DNA of 38,040 nt from IMG/VR virus record IMGVR_UViG_3300018954_000017, positions 66,216-104,255 of that record; one strand, written 5' to 3'. The stretch is from a virus. The position numbers and the translations under genes are program-made. Under the pieces are notes generated by a model that was not told the origin of the DNA, searched no databases, and worked only from the letters and a program-made list of their open reading frames with translations. This document shows, in pieces, positions 35,053-38,040 of the stretch (the first letter of the stretch is position 1; each line of letters begins with the position of its first letter).

Positions 35053-35522
35053 ATTTCTAGTAAATGGGGAAAGTCGATTTACTGTAAATCGGGAAAGCCA
35101 ATTTACTTATATACATAGAGTACATTACATAAAATAAGATCTAACTATCTCGGCTAAAGCCTCGAACACAGCTAGTCGAACAGGTTGAAGAAAGATTTCT
35201 CGTAGATTACGCGCTCGGTCGCTTGGGCTTAACCTCTTCACTAAGGTTACGAGGTCAGCCCGTCTCCGTCGCTCAATAGACTCGTTCTTGCTCACGCCTA
35301 CGCAGAAAGATGTAGGTTTTGTTCGCTATCGCTCACAGCAAAGCTGACCTGACTTACTATCATCGAAAAAAGATCTTGAACACGGGCTAGTCGCTACGAA
35401 CGAAGATAAGAAATTAAACTTCCCGTGCAGAAGACGATGGATCTGTGTAGATCTTTAAATACGATTTCGCCCCGCAATTTTCGCCTTAGAACCGTGCCAA
35501 CCTCCAAATCACCCAATCCCAC
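35053..35522 (+). repeat. origin-like repeat module, copy B
   Basis: Inverted copy of 24056-24556. Shares CACTAAGGTTACG, CATCGAAAAA, GAACACGGGCTAG, CCCGTGCA and TAAATACGATTT with ~1545-1738. Confidence 0.9.
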
Positions 35523-35687
35523 CACCTGTCCACTCCACTTTGCTTCCTGCCCCAGCCAGCCCTCTCTCAGCCAATATACGTCCTAGCCTGCCTATACACT
35601 GCCTAAGTAGACTGATGTGAAGTAGTTGGGACTTGTGTTGACAATAGATTTGAGGTAAAATAGAACTACAAATTAAATGGTTTTTCG

Positions 35688-36257
35688 ATGATTAACGAAG
35701 AATTCATGGCAGCACTTGCAACTCTTGCGAAACTTGCGCCGACTATTGGGGGTGGGAGCGACGAGAGTGATGCTTCAGCATTGGGGTTTTGCGATCCGCC
35801 GAGAATGGGGCGTCCAGTTTATGTGGATGATGAAACTGGCAGCTTTTACTTCTTCAACTCCGATAAGCCAAAAAATGAGCAAAAAGAGTTCATTGCGGCT
35901 AAAGCTCTCCGTTGCCGCATTCAAGGTTTGCGATTGACCACGAAAGAATACAAAGGCAAAGAATCAATTAAATTGCGGATTGATTTAGTGGGTGATATGC
36001 CCTACCTGTTTGAGAAAGGTACAAAAACGAATTTTACACGAGATTTGCTGCTATCGCTGGCTGAAGCTGGGTCTGGTGTAAAAGGCTTACTCATCATTGA
36101 AGTCTCTGAGCCGCGAGAAAAGCAGGAGAAAACCTGTTTCTGCAATGTTTACACGAGTGACGGACAGGTAAAGGTTGCAGACAAGTCTGGATATAACGGT
36201 GAGAATTTACCGTATTTAGAAGCTCTTGTCAACAAGATTAACGAGGCATTGAAATAG
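35688..36257 (+). CDS. hypothetical phage protein (possible OB-fold ssDNA-binding protein)
   Basis: 189-aa ORF with a promoter-like sequence upstream and a beta-rich core. Function is a guess. Confidence 0.6.
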   Translation: MINEEFMAALATLAKLAPTIGGGSDESDASALGFCDPPRMGRPVYVDDETGSFYFFNSDKPKNEQKEFIAAKALRCRIQGLRLTTKEYKGKESIKLRIDLVGDMPYLFEKGTKTNFTRDLLLSLAEAGSGVKGLLIIEVSEPREKQEKTCFCNVYTSDGQVKVADKSGYNGENLPYLEALVNKINEALK

Positions 36258-36453
36258 AATGGGACTACGAAGTGCTTGGCGCGCTGTAGCGGCTGGTGTT
36301 CAACAACAGGCTGCTGATTGAGTATGATGAAGACGATGTGCTAGATGAAGGTGAGTGGGGAGAGGTACAGGATTTAACGCAGGGTCAACGAAAAGAGTTG
36401 GCAGCAGAAGTTAGCCAGACCGATGACGATTGAATCAATTTATTAGACATGAG

Positions 36454-36488
36454 AAAGCCCAGGAAAGTTTAAGGCTCTCCTGGGCTTT
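36454..36488. terminator. hairpin terminator between convergent genes
   Basis: AAAGCCCAGGA...TCCTGGGCTTT. Confidence 0.7.
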
Positions 36489-38032
36489 TAGCTGATCGAG
36501 AATCTTTTGAGTAAATCCGGGCGATTGTATCTTTTCAGAACTGCAATGATCCTTGGTTTTACCTCATTGACTCGGTGTCCTGCTTTCAGGTCGTATTGAA
36601 TGAATTCCTCAATAGTTTGACTTTTAGATTTCTCAAGCAATTCAATCATCACATCTGCCTGAGATTTATCTTGAACGGCTACAGCGGTCTTTAGTGACTG
36701 TCGATCATTTGACGAGAGTGCATCTTCAGCAGCAATAGTTTCAATTGTTGACGTTTGATCTATTGGGGTCACAATGGCTTCCAATGTGTAGGAAGATTTT
36801 GCGTACCATTTACCGTTCATCCAGACAATGCGGTCACCAAGGTCATGCTCAACACCTCTAGGTGGTTTGCTAAGGGCTTTCCAATTTAGTGCTGTGGCAT
36901 TACAAAGATTTTCGTCCCATTGCACGGTAACACCGTTACTATCAACACGAGTTCCGGGCGGAATTGCACAAAAAATAAGACTTAGTTCTTTCATTGCTTT
37001 GCCACCGCGTCCCATGTTACCAATAGCACCTTTAGGACTGCCTAGCCAAAGATACCAACCCCTTTTAGCTCCCCCTGATGCCACAACCGATGCTAGCTCT
37101 GCAATCTCTTGCATTAACTCAAGAGCAATCAAACCCAATTCGGTATCCTTCCTCTTTAGATCGTCCTCAAGTCTTTCACACAGGTATGCAAATTCATCGA
37201 TGATCAGTAATTGAGGATTTTGTGCGTTTGCAGCTTTCTTAAACGCCCGAATCGTGTCTAGGTATTGTTGATAGTAATTAGTTTTATCAACGATGACTGC
37301 TAAATCATAGAATGTCTTGGTTGCACAATGTTGCCAATAGTGGTCGTCTTCACCCGCTTTAGCTAACGAACTGATAACGAATGCCCCTTTAAATTTGCCC
37401 CGTTGTACTCCAATGCGACTAGCGATCGCCATTAGTAAACTTTTGCCGCACCGTTGTCCGCCAATGAATGCGAGAGAATTGACTGATGAGAGAATTAGTT
37501 CAACAATGTCAGAGCTGTGAGCCGTGAGCTGTGCGCCATGAGTTGTATCTTTAGTGTGACTTGCTGGAATTTTGCTCATAGCTGATGGCTGATGGCTGAT
37601 GGCTTTCCTCTCCTCCTTCGCTCTCTCAACCCCTTCAGCTAAATCTGCACCGATAACCGCTGCAACGTCTATTTCTTCAAAAGTGGGCTTTGGTTGCGTT
37701 GGCAGTTCGGGTTGAATAGTTGGGCTAGGAATTTTGCCAGTGAGTACTGCTCTAGCAGAAGCTGTCACTGCTTCATATGTCAAACCTTTAAAGGCAGCAA
37801 CACAGTCAATAGCCCTATCAATTGGGCGATCGCTACCTACTTGTACCAATTGATTACGAACTATATCACCTTTTGTTGCTTCTTTGAGCGCATAGATAAA
37901 GATGTCGTCGCCTGCAACTGCCCAAACTGCTGCCCACTTGTCGGTTGGTGCAGATTTGAGGGCTAATGACAAACGTTTTAATGCGTCTCTAATTGGTTCA
38001 AGTTTTAAGTTTTCAGTAAAGACCTCATACAT
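36488..38032 (-). CDS. P-loop ATPase (FtsK/HerA-like superfamily)
   Basis: Walker A GGQRCGKS, Walker B LLIIDE, downstream SGGAKRG. Confidence 0.65.
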   Translation of the reverse strand: MYEVFTENLKLEPIRDALKRLSLALKSAPTDKWAAVWAVAGDDIFIYALKEATKGDIVRNQLVQVGSDRPIDRAIDCVAAFKGLTYEAVTASARAVLTGKIPSPTIQPELPTQPKPTFEEIDVAAVIGADLAEGVERAKEERKAISHQPSAMSKIPASHTKDTTHGAQLTAHSSDIVELILSSVNSLAFIGGQRCGKSLLMAIASRIGVQRGKFKGAFVISSLAKAGEDDHYWQHCATKTFYDLAVIVDKTNYYQQYLDTIRAFKKAANAQNPQLLIIDEFAYLCERLEDDLKRKDTELGLIALELMQEIAELASVVASGGAKRGWYLWLGSPKGAIGNMGRGGKAMKELSLIFCAIPPGTRVDSNGVTVQWDENLCNATALNWKALSKPPRGVEHDLGDRIVWMNGKWYAKSSYTLEAIVTPIDQTSTIETIAAEDALSSNDRQSLKTAVAVQDKSQADVMIELLEKSKSQTIEEFIQYDLKAGHRVNEVKPRIIAVLKRYNRPDLLKRFSIS

Positions 38033-38040
38033 ACAGGCTC

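Noticed and set aside
36258-36433. Acidic reading frame with an in-frame TAG (possible readthrough or recoding)
   Set aside because: It is a single case, and TAG is used as a normal stop elsewhere in the window, so there is no evidence for recoding.
1661-37966. Numerous short nested or antisense ORFs in the ORF track
   Set aside because: They lie within well-supported genes and have no recognisable motifs or RBS.

Overview
The window is a segment of a large dsDNA tailed phage or prophage, most likely infecting a cyanobacterium. The host inference rests on HIP1 GCGATCGC sites, heptamer STRR-like repeats, cyanobacterial-type antirepressor proteins and sigma70-type promoters. A short structural block (tail-tip protein J carrying a Hint domain, plus a virion-like protein) meets a long, mostly minus-strand replication and nucleotide-metabolism block: dnaE, a PduO-like adenosyltransferase, nrdJ, folA, thyA, dut, dnaB, Rep-like initiators, a UvrD-like helicase, MazG and an exonuclease. 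There are four inteins and one intein-like Hint domain. Three systems stand out. (1) A Ro60/TROVE operon driven by a near-consensus promoter. It transcribes a small free-standing Y-RNA-like hairpin followed by three tRNA genes in normal order, each with a circularly permuted copy of the same Y-RNA-like stem grafted into the anticodon arm. Two retain intact anticodon loops, Gly(TCC) and Ile(TAT), and an RNA ligase gene lies just upstream. (2) The dnaE and helicase inteins carry homing endonucleases in the +1 reading frame, fully overprinted on an intein frame that stays open. (3) Three copies of a structured origin-like module preceded by iterons: one inside a Rep gene and two non-coding copies forming a ~480-bp inverted repeat around ~10.5 kb. 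All family assignments come from motif recognition by eye; no database search was run.
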